A stretch of DNA of 59,672 bases, the filler included, from Sphacelaria rigidula (taxonomy: Eukaryota): NCBI GenBank assembly GCA_964200075.2. It is 8 parts of 8 records of this genome, joined end to end, with 100 filler letters (N's around TTAATTAATTAA, not from the genome) between each part and the next. Parts side by side here need not be neighbours in the genome. Positions count along the whole stretch, not along the records: positions 22,417 to 29,788 come from CAXNAA020015210.1; positions 29,889 to 37,259 come from CAXNAA020015211.1; positions 37,360 to 44,730 come from CAXNAA020015212.1; 5 more parts are not named here. The stretch is one strand, 5' to 3'. The notes beneath the pieces were generated by a model. The model saw only the letters and a program-made list of their open reading frames with translations, was not told where the DNA came from and did no database searches. Below are positions 25,559 to 37,849 of this stretch, piece by piece. Position numbers and translations under genes: made by a program. Numbering within the stretch: the stretch's first letter is position 1; every line of letters starts with the position of its first letter.

Positions 25559-27145
25559 CTAGTACGGAGGTGTGATCGCGAAGAGAACGGGAGAAGTCGT
25601 CGTCGGTGACGTAATTGTGGCCCTCTCTGTTGCTGGAGTCCTGGTCACCAAGTGAAAATTGATGTATCCGAAGTTGTGGCTTTCCCGCCGGGGTAAGGTG
25701 TGTCGGAGTCTCGATGAAGACGATGTTCCTGCTCTCAATGATACGTCGCGTTGCTGGGTTGTAGACTCGGTAGCTCTTACTGTCATTACTGTACCCAACT
25801 TCTCGTCCTTTAACTGCTTTGAGAGTAAGTTTCGAATTATGCCGCTCGATATGAATGAAGCCCTGGCTTCGACGACTCGAAGGTGTTTGAGATCCGGTTC
25901 TGTCCCCTTCAGCATCTTATGAGGCGACTGCATGTCAAGCGCCGAATGCGATGATCTGTTTGCAAGATAGGCCGCTGTGAATATCAATTCCCCCCAGAGA
26001 AAAGTCGGCAAGCCACTGTCAGCAAGCATGCACCGGATCATGGCGCCAAGCGTCCTTCCTACGCGTTCTGACAGGCCGATTCGTTGTGGTGTATTGGTGC
26101 TTGCAAACTCTAGCAATATGCCTGTCTGTCGGCAGTACGACTTGAACTCGTTGCCAATGAACTCACCGCCTTTGTCTGGCCTTAGTTGCTCGACCTGAAC
26201 ACCGCCAGGAATTGCCATTAACTGTAAGTAGGACTGAAATGCATGAAAAGTGCCGTCCTTGTTTTTTTGGAGGTAAATCTCTTCTGTCCATCTGGTATAC
26301 TCATCGGAGATCATGCAGACGTTCTTGAAGCCTCCCAGCGCCTCCGGCATGATCGGTCCCATCAAATCTGTCATGACTAGTTGAAAAGCGCGTTGCGCTT
26401 TGTTGTTGGCTGTCTTCGGGTGGGCCAGTTGATGACTTTTCCCAATAGCACAAATATCACAGTCCGGAATGACTCCACCGAAATCCACCCCGTTGCTTCC
26501 GACGTTTTTGAGAAGATTCAAACTATTGCTGTTCGGGTGTCCCATCCTCCGAAGCCACAGCGTGGCGGCGTCTGCGGCTTGCAGAGCCAGTCCAGATGCG
26601 TCGTTACCGCTGCTTAGTTCCAGAGAGAAGAAATATAGGTCGCTCTCCAGTTCCTGGAGCGGAACGGTGAAGTCGTTTGTATCGAGTCTTAGGTTGTTTA
26701 TTTTGAAAATAGATACAACGCCATATCGTGTCGCCTGTTTGACGGAGAACACGTTCCGCCCCAAGCCAGGCACGACCAAACACGGAATCTGAACCAGGCG
26801 TTTGACCCCTTCGCCGTCTTGGATGTGTCCGCGGAACAGTCCTTTACCAACCCTCGTCAGTTTGTGCCCCCCTGCGGTGGTGATCGTATGCGGGGTCGCC
26901 AGTTTCTGGCAGTTGTGGAGTTTATACCGTAGCCCCGGGATGAGGGTATCATCGAAGTAATGTCCCGACGCACCACTGTCTACCATAACACTGACATGGC
27001 TATTGTTACCCTTAGTCCACTTGTCAAGAGGGGGTCCTGCCGCGAGAGCCATCCCATCATCAGCATCGGTGATTCCGCCGAACGTTTCAGTGGTATCGTC
27101 GAGGTTCGACGTGGCCCGAGAGTATAATGAGTTCCCGAGCGTCAA
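25559..27145 (-). pseudogene. Copia protease + GAG-pre-integrase + integrase
   Basis: VDSGASGH; LWLRRMGH..CDICAIGK; TDLMGP; DEYTRW; DKGGEF; TPQ.IGLSERVGRTL; SGLP.FLWGE. Confidence 0.95.
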
Positions 27146-27392
27146 CTAGACGTAGTGGACTACGGCTATTATGACTAGCGCGCGCACTAGTGGGGAAAGT
27201 GTCTCCCTGATTCCCCGCAGTAGGTTGCGAGCTCTGCGCCAGAACCCCGGACCCCCGGCCTCCTCTCCGTCGGCCACTTCGAAGGCGCCAAAGAGGCCGC
27301 TGCTGTCAAAAGAAGCAACAGGTTTGTTCGTTGGAGCGAAAGGCCAAAGGTTGTCCGCTTGGGGGTGGTTCGCTTTGGGCGCTTCTAGGGCA

Positions 27393-28329
27393 TTAAAGGA
27401 GATGGCGGAAGGGTGCTTCCTCGTACCGGTGGCTGATGAATACCCTGACCATTGTGCGAAATTGGCTGTCTGCTGGTTGCGCTGTTGCAAGGAACGGCAC
27501 TCTTCTTCGCTGTGGGTTGTTGATCTGTGGAAAGCACCACTTGCCTACATTCCCATTGTTTCCCCCGTCCTGACCGTCTCCCCCTGTCAGTGCTCGGGTC
27601 GCACTTCGGGCGGGGCAATTTCTCCCAACGTGACCTTGCTTTCCGCAGTGGTAGCATGTTACTTGATTTCTTTTACTGCCATCATTCCGTCCACTAGCCT
27701 GCATAGCAACCCCGCGGTCTGCGACCGAGTTGGTGGCGTCCGGTTGTGAAAGATAGTCAGCATACATGGTGCTGACATGTATCTGAGGTCCGACAAATGA
27801 AAATCGCGCCTCTCGCAGCTAGCAATGCGGCCCTATCGTACTCGGCAGGTAAGGCTCGAAGGATAATGTGTCCTCATATCGTTCGTCAGGTGAGGACTGC
27901 CCCATTTCCTCCGTGGCGGTCACGGTAGCCATCCATGACAAACACAAAATCTTCCGGATCATCCCCTGACTGCATTGTCGTATTGTGGAGTATATAATGG
28001 AATTCCCTTCGTGCCTCTTTTGTGTTGCCGTCATATTTTCCCTGCAGCGCTGCCCTGCTTGGCCATTGCTGACCCCGTCCTCCTGGGTTTTCCCCATGAA
28101 ACGTCTCACGGTATTGTTCGCTGATTTTTCGGTGGTGAAAAATAAGATGCTGATCATGTCCTTGTTTGTGCGATTCCAAGCCAGTGAAGGTGCCGTATCA
28201 CGGATTGACGGTTCATCACCAATTATGGTGCGTACGGGTCTCTGCTGCCCCTGCAGAATTTCCGCGGCCGCGCTATGGTGGAGGAAGAGGATCACCCGTA
28301 GTTTGTCTTGGTACTCTCGGGAACTAGCA
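27393..28329 (-). pseudogene. Copia gag with zinc knuckle (frameshifted; 5' end abuts the array element)
   Basis: CYHCGKQGHVGRNC knuckle; gag-like KYDGNTKEARR...MQSGDDPEDF. Confidence 0.85.
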
Positions 28330-29273
28330 CACCCTGGACAATACAATATGTAATATATATTGCCCGCTCAATATATCGAGGCATCGGGTGGTCAATATAT
28401 ATTGGGCGAGCAATATGATGACACGAGAGAGAGTCAATATATATTGTGCCACCAATATATCAAGGCTCGCGGCATGCAATATATATCGACCGAACAGTAT
28501 ATCACGACATGCGCCACCTCAATATATATTGGCCGAGTAATATGTTGGTGCGAGAAGGTACCAATATATATTTATCGAGTAATATATTTGCTGCCACCCG
28601 AGGTCAATATATATTGACGATCCAATATACTCGACACCCGAAGCGCCAATATATATTGCCGCCGCAATATGTCGTGCGTCAATGCGTCCAATATATATTG
28701 GGTGGACAACACACGAGGGAACCGACGGTCACAATACATGTTGATGTAGCAAAATATATTGATTTTCAACATATATAGATTGGAAAGTGTATTGGAATTA
28801 GTGTTGTGGGCAGTTCTTTGTTCGCGGGCGCCATTCAAAGACGTAGTTTACATGCCGAAAATGCTAAATGTATTCCTCCGCAAGCGTGTTCAATATATAT
28901 TGGCTGCACAATAGCTATCCAATCAGCGTGCGCAATATATATTAGAAAAACAATACCTCTGCATGGTTTGCGTTCAATATATATTATGGTAACAATATGC
29001 TACGCATTGCCTCGACTCAATATATATATTGACACTTCAATGCATACACAGCCGACATGCACAACATATATTGAATGTTTTATTCTCGGAGCAACTGCAT
29101 GTCCAATATATTTTGTCATACATTACTTCATGATCATGACACGAGCAATATATGTTCTTCTTCAATATCTCCGAGGACATCTCAACACAATATATATTGA
29201 AAGGACGATATTTGCGCTGGCTCCAATACAAAGTATTGATATCATATTGGAACATATTATATTGTCCAGGGTA
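28330..29273. mobile_element. TIR-bounded element carrying a 42-bp-period repeat/variable-spacer array
   Basis: About 21-bp TIRs: (C)ACCCTGGACAATACAATATGT / ACATATTATATTGTCCAGGGT(A). About 18 internal units of CAATATATATTG-N6-CAATAT-N18/19. Confidence 0.8.
28351..29215. repeat. Array of ~18 units: CAATATATATTG + N6 + CAATAT + N18-19, unique spacers; two blocks (28351-28760, 28891-29215)
   Basis: Unit starts: 28351, 28393, 28435, 28477, 28520, 28562, 28605, 28647, 28689, 28732; then 28891, 28933, 28975, 29018, 29062, 29104, 29146, 29188. Confidence 0.9.
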
Positions 29274-29633
29274 TAAGCAACACAGCCCCGGTGACCACAG
29301 GGGTACCAAAGGCGCATATCGACCCGCGTTTTCTGTCGTCGTGATGTTTAGCCAAGATAGTTATATTACATGCTGGAAAGGGGATGGGCGGCTCCGCACC
29401 GGTGATCAGATAGGTATCAGGAGGCATATATACCGGGTCGCCTCTTCTGTCACCATATGTTTTGACCAGCATACATATATTTATTTATATATACATCAAA
29501 CACATTCGACAACTTTCCGCAGTAATGCACACGAACTTCTGCGGCTCCCTCTAAAGCTTTTTCCAATCTGCACGGACTCCGGCATCCATCGCGTCTGGAT
29601 CTCTCCCAGAGCATACACGATACTTATAATATC

Positions 29634-29727
29634 TAATATATATTGACCGGCCAATACTTTCACCCACGCAGACCCAATATATATTGACCGGTCAATATGT
29701 TCTCATCAAGGCGACCCTAATATATAC
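29634..29727. repeat. Orphan mini-array of the same 42-bp unit (2 full units + 1 partial)
   Basis: TAATATATATTG accggc CAATAC (29634); CAATATATATTG accggt CAATAT (29675); TAATATATAC (29718). Confidence 0.8.
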
Positions 29728-32182
29728 TTCCTCTGTCCCATAAGTAAAGTCCGTTATGTTTATACGAGCCCTTAACGGTGTCCGATTTNNNNNNNNNNNN
29801 NNNNNNNNNNNNNNNNNNNNNNNNNNNNNNNNTTAATTAATTAANNNNNNNNNNNNNNNNNNNNNNNNNNNNNNNNNNNNNNNNNNNNGCAACCCCCGGC
29901 CCCAGATTGGGGCCAACCACCCCCACCCCCAAAGGGTATTCTAAAATTTCTAGTAATTATTCCCCCCCCCCCCCCCCCCTACCGTCGGATCTTATCCGTC
30001 CTTTTTACTTCAGTACCTCCTTGTAGTCTCTTCTGTTTCCCCTAATCGTTCTGCATTTTCGAGTTTCCTTTGGCTAGTGCTTCCGTTTCGTTCATGTTGA
30101 GTACGTCTATTTTTTTGCCACAGCAGGATTCCCTCTGCACAAGTCAACTTAACAATGCAAGAGGTACAATAGTGGGCCACCTGTGAGTTTCCTAGTCGCG
30201 TGCTCAAGCCATATCACGCTCCGGAGGTTTCCTAGTCGCCGAGGCCGAGACTGTACACTATCGTGAGGCAATCAACAGTGGTACGGTAGATGAGGACATG
30301 CAATAGCACGACAGAGCGTGGGCAGCTACGTATCTTCTTGAACAGGGTTAATCATTTGGGAAACAATCCAGCAGTGAAAGGTACATCGCACATCCTGACA
30401 CCGCAAGGACTTTCTGCTTGTATGATGATTGCAACCCTGTTTTCAGCGATCGCAGTCAAGAAAATATTTGGACGTGTCGCCGACACCTGTAGGAAGGCAC
30501 AAGTATTGTACACGTGGACTGCCTACATTTGGGTGTCAGGAAGTTGATAGATTTACTTTCGAGTTTACCTATTGATAGTTTCGACCAATGAGATTGATTT
30601 CTGACACGGTTGAGAGGGCGGGTTTGGGGCGTGTCCGCCGAAGGCTCATCAGCAAACAGCCGCTCATGAAAGTAGGTGTAGCTGAGGAAGATTGAGGAGC
30701 TTCCCGCTCTTATTCCATGCGTGTAGGTCGCGCGTGTGTCAACGTGTTTTTTGTCGTGCTTAAAACATATTCGGTTACTGTATCGAGGTGTGGGGTGAGG
30801 AAATCCGCGAATCTTGGGGCATGTGGTCAACGTAACACGCAACCGTACCCATACGCACCGCCTGCACCAAGCACAACCCCCACCAACCACGCCACGCCCC
30901 TCAGCTGCCCAAAATTATGAGGGGGTTGTGCAGACGTCCCAACTCGATGAACAAATAACTGTACTACTTTTGTACCAACAGTGACGTGCGGCATGTGCCC
31001 CGTTGTATAGATGGACGTTGTCTCCCTAGGAAAAACAGTAATTCCGAGCTCCTGACTGAAGCGGCCATGAAAAAAAAGCGATTTGACACGCGGGTGCTAG
31101 AAGGGCTACATGTTGCACATAATCACTGGCACGCTCAACGTGACCTGGTCTGAGTCGCGGTCGTCGTGACGACGGAGCGGTGTAATCTAGTGCCTTCAAC
31201 AAAGAGCCCGGACGACGAACTGCAAGTAAGAAGCCAATGCCCCCGAATGTGATGGACGTTCATTACGGGCAAGGCGGAGGCGGAGGGGGGGTTGTCCAGT
31301 TTTCCGGGGAAAGGAACCTGGATACCATGGATAATGGTGATAGTCAGTGATGTACTGTGCCAGAACTTGACTGGCCTCCGAGAAAAATGAGCAATCTCCG
31401 AAAACATTTCATGTTTGGCTGAGAAACATAGCTTCGGCCACCGTAAATACGCGCAGGTGGGCTACGGCCGTCTCAACGCGTAGAGGGAAGCGTTCGAAGG
31501 TACCAACATACGCTTGTTTTAGCTCCTCTATGGGGCGTACAACGATGCAGAAGCTCCGGTAAGCCAGTTTTCCACATTCGTATGCTTGTTTGCCACCAGA
31601 AACGGCCTACGGCCGTGTTCAAGCACAATATTGTTTCGATTGCAAAGGGCTGCATGGCGGAAAGCAAACATTTCGATCTGAGAACTCAAGACAGGTCGTC
31701 ACACATGTCCACGTCCCTTATGTTGGTGTGACAACCCGTCCGATCGGATATTCCTCGTCTCTACCGTACTTTCGGTCGGAAACTATTGTGCCAAGACACG
31801 CCAACAGCCCTCAACAAATCAGAAGGACGACGGTGAACGGCCACAACCATGCTCAACATGAATTTCCATCCTCAATTGTCTTCCCTCTTTCGAGGGCATG
31901 CTTCGAAACGTTTTTTTCGATCGAAGAAGGACAGTTTTCCTTATTATGATCATTTATTTGTCGCACTTTGAACCCTTCCCCTTCCTTAGGGTGAGTCTGT
32001 GGTCCCAAGGGATCAACGCATCTCTTCCCGGTACACGCCTTGCATTTTGGTCTCGCGTATTGGGTCATGACTATCAGCACTCTGGCACCGCGTCAACTCA
32101 CGCCAAACAAACTCAGACGACTACTTTGCTTACTCGCGTTCTCATGCGTTTGACGGTGGAACTCAGACACTCCGACGAATAA

Positions 32183-32261
32183 CCCCAAAGCATCGGGAAT
32201 CGAACCCTCGTTCCTTCCACCTTAATGGCGACAGTCCGACCATTACACTACACGACAGGGG
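32183..32261 (-). mobile_element. tRNA-derived Pol III head (second SINE family or tRNA pseudogene)
   Basis: Minus strand has A-box TAGTGTAATGG and B-box GGTTCGATTCC. No convincing acceptor/anticodon stems. Confidence 0.55.
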
Positions 32262-32267
32262 CGCAAA

Positions 32268-32612
32268 GTGTCGTCGTCCCATCTATTCTGGGCGCCGGTT
32301 TACACCTTCCGGTATGTGTAGACGCATCAGCCGGGGTCACACAGGAGGAGGTCTAACACACGAGTTTTTTTTTGCTGTTTGATTTGTTTTACTTCATCAC
32401 CTTCCTTCTGTGCTACTTGCCCCTTCTGTTTTATCGCGAGCGGGGTTCAGCAGTCCCTTCCCCTCGTTGACCGTCAAGTGGAATTTTGTGCATCTCGCTC
32501 TCCACTGTTGGGCGTGGTGTGAGAAACAATCCCAGATCGCTCCGAGATTCGAACCCAGGACCCAACCGTCAGAAGGTTTCGAGGTTACCGACTGAGCCAC
32601 TGGGGTGACCGG
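32268..32612 (-). mobile_element. tRNA-derived SINE, full-length copy
   Basis: Minus-strand head has A-box TGGCTCAGTCGG and B-box GGTTCGAATC. Body and 3' end (cagaatagatgggacg) are shared with 39207-39552. Confidence 0.8.
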
Positions 32613-33169
32613 TTCGTTGATAGCAGTGGGTAAGAGAATTTCGATCTGATAGGCCAACAGCGCTTGTGTTCCTAGCTGGCTTCGACTATTTTAGTATCAC
32701 ACACGCGGCCATTCGGCTACCCTCGAAAATCCTCAAGCGGATTTACCGAACATCTCTCTACTCGCCGTCCGTTGTGAAGCTCCCCACTAGAGGATCTTGG
32801 GCATTCGCAATCCTCTAGAGGGTTTTCAATGTTGGGGTCTCCGTCGCGGGTCCGTGTTAATATCGTAATCCTCTCGATTGTTTTTGAAGGCACTGGTTTT
32901 ATCAAAATCCGGGATTTGAAAATCTCCAAATGTCCGAAATAAATACTTCATGCCCAATATCAATCTTCACGAAGTGGGTATAACAGATTTATTTCGAACG
33001 AAAGAGGCTGCTCAAATCCCACCCACCAGCATATAACATTTGAACAGCCGAGAGTGGTCAAATCCTCATTGTTCACGCCAATTCATCCTGAAATCGGGCA
33101 GAAGGAGGAATCTTCGAGCAGCCTATGCTCTTCAAATTCCATATATATATATATACAAGGTTCCCCTCC

Positions 33170-34577
33170 GGGAACTTGGTACGGGCCTCCCGGGGGTGAC
33201 GTCAGTCGAAAGTATATTTTGTCAAGTTTTCCACGATCTTGGAGAGACTTTTGTGGTTCGGGATCGACACCCCGAGAAAAAAGGCCAGTTGGAGCGACTT
33301 TCGGTGGACAGAACACGCCCCACCGGTATCAGATGACGCCCAAACCTGAACGGTAATGTACCGCTGAGCCTTCTCGGTGCGTTGCAAAAGAAAGCGTGGG
33401 GAAAAATGCCTTACCACGGGAAAAGACTCGGCAAAAGTGGTGAAAAATGTGAAATGATACATGTACATGATAAATATTGCGCATAAAAGCACTGACAGCG
33501 CTTGCACGACCGTGCCTCCGGAAGTAAGTACCTTTACAGGCGATACTAAGATGGGTACCGCGTGGAATGACATCATCCAGAGTGTGCCCTATACGGATCG
33601 ATGCTTGTTTGCCGGGGCAGGAGCCACCCAGCAGATGATGTGGAAGTGAGTGCGGCTGCAGATCTACATATGCTTTCACTGACGTCTCACGCAGTGTGGG
33701 TCAAGGGGACTCCGTATTGAGGGCGTATCGATGACATTGCCCAAAATCCGTATTCGCTTAGTGCGCCTGGCGCACCACGTAAAACATGCCGCCGATCCGG
33801 GAATATGCGGTCTGTGTTGTGGTCTGCCTCTGCGCCAAGTTTCAGGCTGGTTCGTTCCGACACGGCGGAGAAACCCACAAGCAAAGTAACGCTCGACCTG
33901 TACTGAAAATACAGTACTAAGCCGTCGAAAGATACATGAGGTGCGTACTCGTATGATTCTCCCTGCCATCCCTGTCACAAGGACATCCCTGCGCCTGTGC
34001 TTCACAGGTGCATCCTGTGAGGGAATTCTGTTACAGGTTGAATGATCACAAGGATTTCGGCGCCCCTCTTCGCTGGTCCTACACAAGTGACCCACAGTGG
34101 GGAAGTTTGCACACGTGTGTTCCTTGCAACTCGTCAACGGCTCATTGCACGGTCTCATGTTTGCTGCTGACTGAGGCCAAGGCAATGTTCGGTTGTTTTC
34201 GACTGCATTGCCCTCATGTTTTCGTGACATTGGCGGCATAACGGGTGTGCTCGTTCTCCCAAATCAACGAGAACGCGACAAAGAAAAACACAGGGGAAAA
34301 ATCCCCCCCCAAAAGTGTAATCCTGCTGCTCGAAGTTTTCCATGAACTTGAGAAGGCTTTCATGGTTCGGGATAGACACCCCGTGGAAAAGAGCCAGTGT
34401 GGGCTACTTTCGATGGCCAGAACACGCGCCAAAGGTATCAGATAACATCCAAACCTGAAAGGTAATGTACCGCTGCTCCTCCTTCGTACACTGCAAAATG
34501 AAGAGCGCCAGAAGATACCTTGTCGCTAGAGAAAACTCGGCAAAACTGGCGAAAAATGAGAAATGATACATGTACAT
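33170..34577. repeat. Two diverged direct copies of a ~280-bp dispersed repeat (~33200-33468 and ~34310-34577)
   Basis: Shared aagttttcca.ga.cttg...tggttcgggat.gacaccc...ggtatcagat.ac..ccaaacctgaa.ggtaatgtaccgctg...gaaatgatacatgtacat. Confidence 0.8.
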
Positions 34578-34625
34578 ATATGTATGTATACTGTACTGCT
34601 GTTGACAGTCTTTGAGAATCGGAAA

Positions 34626-34709
34626 GCAGGGCTGTTCAAAAACCCTCGCGTTTTGCGCGCCAAGTTATATCAATTGAGAAAAACGCGAGAATTTTGGAAC
34701 AGCCTCTGC
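34626..34709. repeat. Short hairpin/MITE-like inverted repeat
   Basis: gcagggctgttcaaaaaccctcgcgtttt vs aaaacgcgagaattttggaacagcctctgc. Confidence 0.6.
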
Positions 34710-37700
34710 TGTACAAATCTCATTCACTGACTGCCAGTACATGAACACACAGCTGTGCTGTGACAGGCGTTGATTTTGAACCCCCGTGCTGGCCAGTCTA
34801 CAAAAACATATTAAAGCAGTAAGTTCATCAAAAAGCCGCAAATAATCTGCGGTTTATTGTACTTTAATAGGGATATGAATCACTACCAGCACGTTATAGT
34901 GCATCTCTGGACCGTACCACACTTTGCATGACATACGGTACCGTACTGCACAGTACGCAGCGTGCGCGACGTATGGCTATCTATATAATTTAGATGCCTG
35001 TAAGTTTGGATATGTGGGGGTGCTATATACCGTCTGCTGCGGTAGACGCGTTGTTACTAGCAATTGTTTGTGCAAGCCAGTGTCCGTGTGTGGTTGTTTC
35101 ATACGATATAGGATGTGAAATAGTAGTAGGCAACGTGCAGTACAAACCGCGCAGGATCATCTGCACTCTCTCCTTACAATGCAGCCTGAAAAGGGCGCGA
35201 ATCTTTGTACTGCCTGCACTGCTCATGAGTGTATACGCAGGTTGGTCGTCCGCCGCGGCGTATACCACGCAGCTCCGTCGCCGATCTCTATCATAAAAGA
35301 TGCTCAAGCTTTCACCGAAAATTGGTTGATTTCTCTCATTGATTGTCACACTTTATTTTTCCTCCAAGGGGCCCAGTCGTGATCTCCTGATAGACGACGT
35401 AGACGCGGCATACCCAACTACTGCAGTGTATATCTATACTTGTGCCTAACTCATGCTCTTTGCTGCAGGGTTGCGGTGGTAGCTGGGAATACGTTGTGAG
35501 GAATTGGCGCACAGAGGACATAGATGTCCTCTAGAGGCTCGATGTAGAAAATCTTCAGGTGGTGAAAGTACACGCTGGAGGATGCTGCATCGCCATGTCC
35601 TCTGGACTCGCGAAAGTGCTCTAGAAGCCCTCGTCGATTCCTCCTCCAGGGGAAGGATGTTCATGGTTCCCTCCGAGGGACGTTTACCATAACCACGTGA
35701 TAACACAGAAGTCCCTGGAGCATCAGATATCCTTTACAGGATTCGTTTACTGTCCACGCCAGCGGGATAAAATACCCTCTAAAGGGGATTTCATCCTTTA
35801 CAAGATCATTTTACATTGGAGAGTAGGATGAAAATCACGATAGTGGAGTTCAAAGAGGAGTCGAATGGCCGCGTGTATGGTAGCGCGTGGACAAAAAATT
35901 GAATGGATGAAGTCAGATATCACGCGTTCACAGAACCAGGCAAACTCCACACAATAAATTCTCGGCCGCGACGGCAAACATGCAGCATATACAACACCAG
36001 TTGGCCACAGGGATAAAATACTGCAGTAGTCGGGCAAGATGTACTTTGCTTTTTCTGGCGAAAACTCGAGCATCTCCTTCGATGGTAGGGGTCTGCGACG
36101 GAATTCCGTGGTAGGGTTGGCGACTGACTCGCGTACATGCTCATAGACAGTGCAGGCGATATGAAACTGTACGTTGGTCAAGTGCTTTTCACCTCGCGTT
36201 GTGTGCAGATAGTATAGAGATATTAGCGAGTATGGGAAAACGTTTTTTTCACATCTTATTTAGGAGTCAGAGTGAAACGAAAAATAGCCGGTAACAGTGC
36301 ACTTTCCGCTATAAAGTATTTTTTATAGCGATTTTTCAACAGCGAAGTGCCGTCTGCACCTCTTCACTCTGGAAACCGTTGTGCCTCTTCAGAGTTCAGC
36401 GCGGAACAAAGAAGAACGCCCATCTTCACCTCAATCATCACAGCCAGTTCGAAATCAATATACCCCAACAAGCAAAGTGGGACATCCATCAAAACTGTCA
36501 TGCTTATCATAATGGACGATTCACGAAGTAGAGACGATTTGCATCGCAGTCAGAAGACCTCCCTGACGCTGCCACGGTATCAGCATCCGCTTGGTTGTGC
36601 TGAGGGAATATTAAATGCTGGGCGGATACACGCCGTTGGGTGCAGTTCCTCATTTTTGCCAGCTTCAGCTGTAAAAAGATGGTGAGAACGATTCGCAGAC
36701 TACAACGCACAAGCAGTACTACACCTGTCTACATCGCCATTCCGTCAAAGGTCATGGCTTCTTGCATCACCGTTATGGGTGGTACGTTGAGAACGCAGCA
36801 CGATGCGCCCCTGTCTGTTATTTGAAAGTGCCGCGTACTGTTGTACTACTGTACAACTGACTGTCTGTACGGTTCTGCATTGCACTCTCGGTACTGCACT
36901 GGCTGTGCTCTACACTGCACAGCACTACAGCACTACAGACACAGTTTTTCGGAGAACTCCGAATTTATCAGGAATGGCGAGGTGCTTGATGACTCTAGAA
37001 CGCTTGCGAGCGCCACGGCGTACACACAGAGCAGCATGCAATCAAGCCAAAGCGCTGCGTTGAAGTCCGAATTTTGGTGAATTTCTTCATCAGTAGAGCT
37101 TCGGAGAAAAACTCAGGCTGCTTCGTTTTCACGGGAGTCTGAGCGCAGAGTCTGAGAAGTGTGAAAAATTCTGAGATCCCCCATAAACAAAAAAACAGCT
37201 TCGATGAATGATCGTGGGTCTAAAAAATAAGTTGAATTTCTCATGTCTTCCGGCGAGAGNNNNNNNNNNNNNNNNNNNNNNNNNNNNNNNNNNNNNNNNN
37301 NNNTTAATTAATTAANNNNNNNNNNNNNNNNNNNNNNNNNNNNNNNNNNNNNNNNNNNNTCGCTGCCGAAAGCTTGGCCAACGATTCCCTCACACTTTGT
37401 ACCAGCTTCTATCCTTCAAGATCTAAAAATATCTACGTACCGCTTGGTGCTTCTTCTCGTAGATCATGTGATCGGTCATCGGTAAGGCGATTGTTTCATG
37501 AGTGCAGTAGGTCTTGGCATTTATGCCATGCATTGTTCACCATTTCCCTTCATTGTGCGCTGTTTGCACCTGATGTCGAAAATTTCTGGAAATGGCTGAC
37601 CAGACTTCCACCGCCCAATGGAAGCCGGTAAGGTTATACAGGTATCTCACCACGAGACCCCAACCTCCATGTGAATTTGACATGGAGGAGGTGATGACCC

Positions 37701-37849
37701 TACCCTATCTGTACCGGTTATGCCTTCGGTACTTTTGATTTGCATAAGGTGGTCAGCCTTCATGCTGCTGTTTACATGTCTAGGTTTTGGATTTATTTCG
37801 TCTCGCGGTGGTTATAATATGATAGGGAAGAATCTCGGCTATTTTCCGC

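Larger units (their letters stand above)
22997..28329 (-). mobile_element. Decayed Ty1/Copia LTR retrotransposon; 5' LTR not seen
   Basis: Order gag(CCHC)-PR-IN-RT-RH, then PPT and LTR. Numerous frameshifts. Confidence 0.95.

Noticed and set aside
28351-29215. Calling the 42-bp array a bona fide CRISPR array
   Set aside because: Eukaryotic context, no cas genes, a split repeat of only 12+6 nt, spacers of 18-19 nt and enclosing TIRs. Reported as an unexplained array instead.
28360-29276. ORFs with 14-aa QYIL..QY repeats over the array
   Set aside because: 43/44-bp units shift the frame, and the motif is conserved at the DNA level (palindrome, almost no synonymous variation), so constraint is not on protein.
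32500-32612. tRNA genes at the SINE heads (also ~39480-39552 and 44831-44906)
   Set aside because: A/B boxes are present but there is no complete cloverleaf, and they are attached to a shared repeated body, so they are SINEs.
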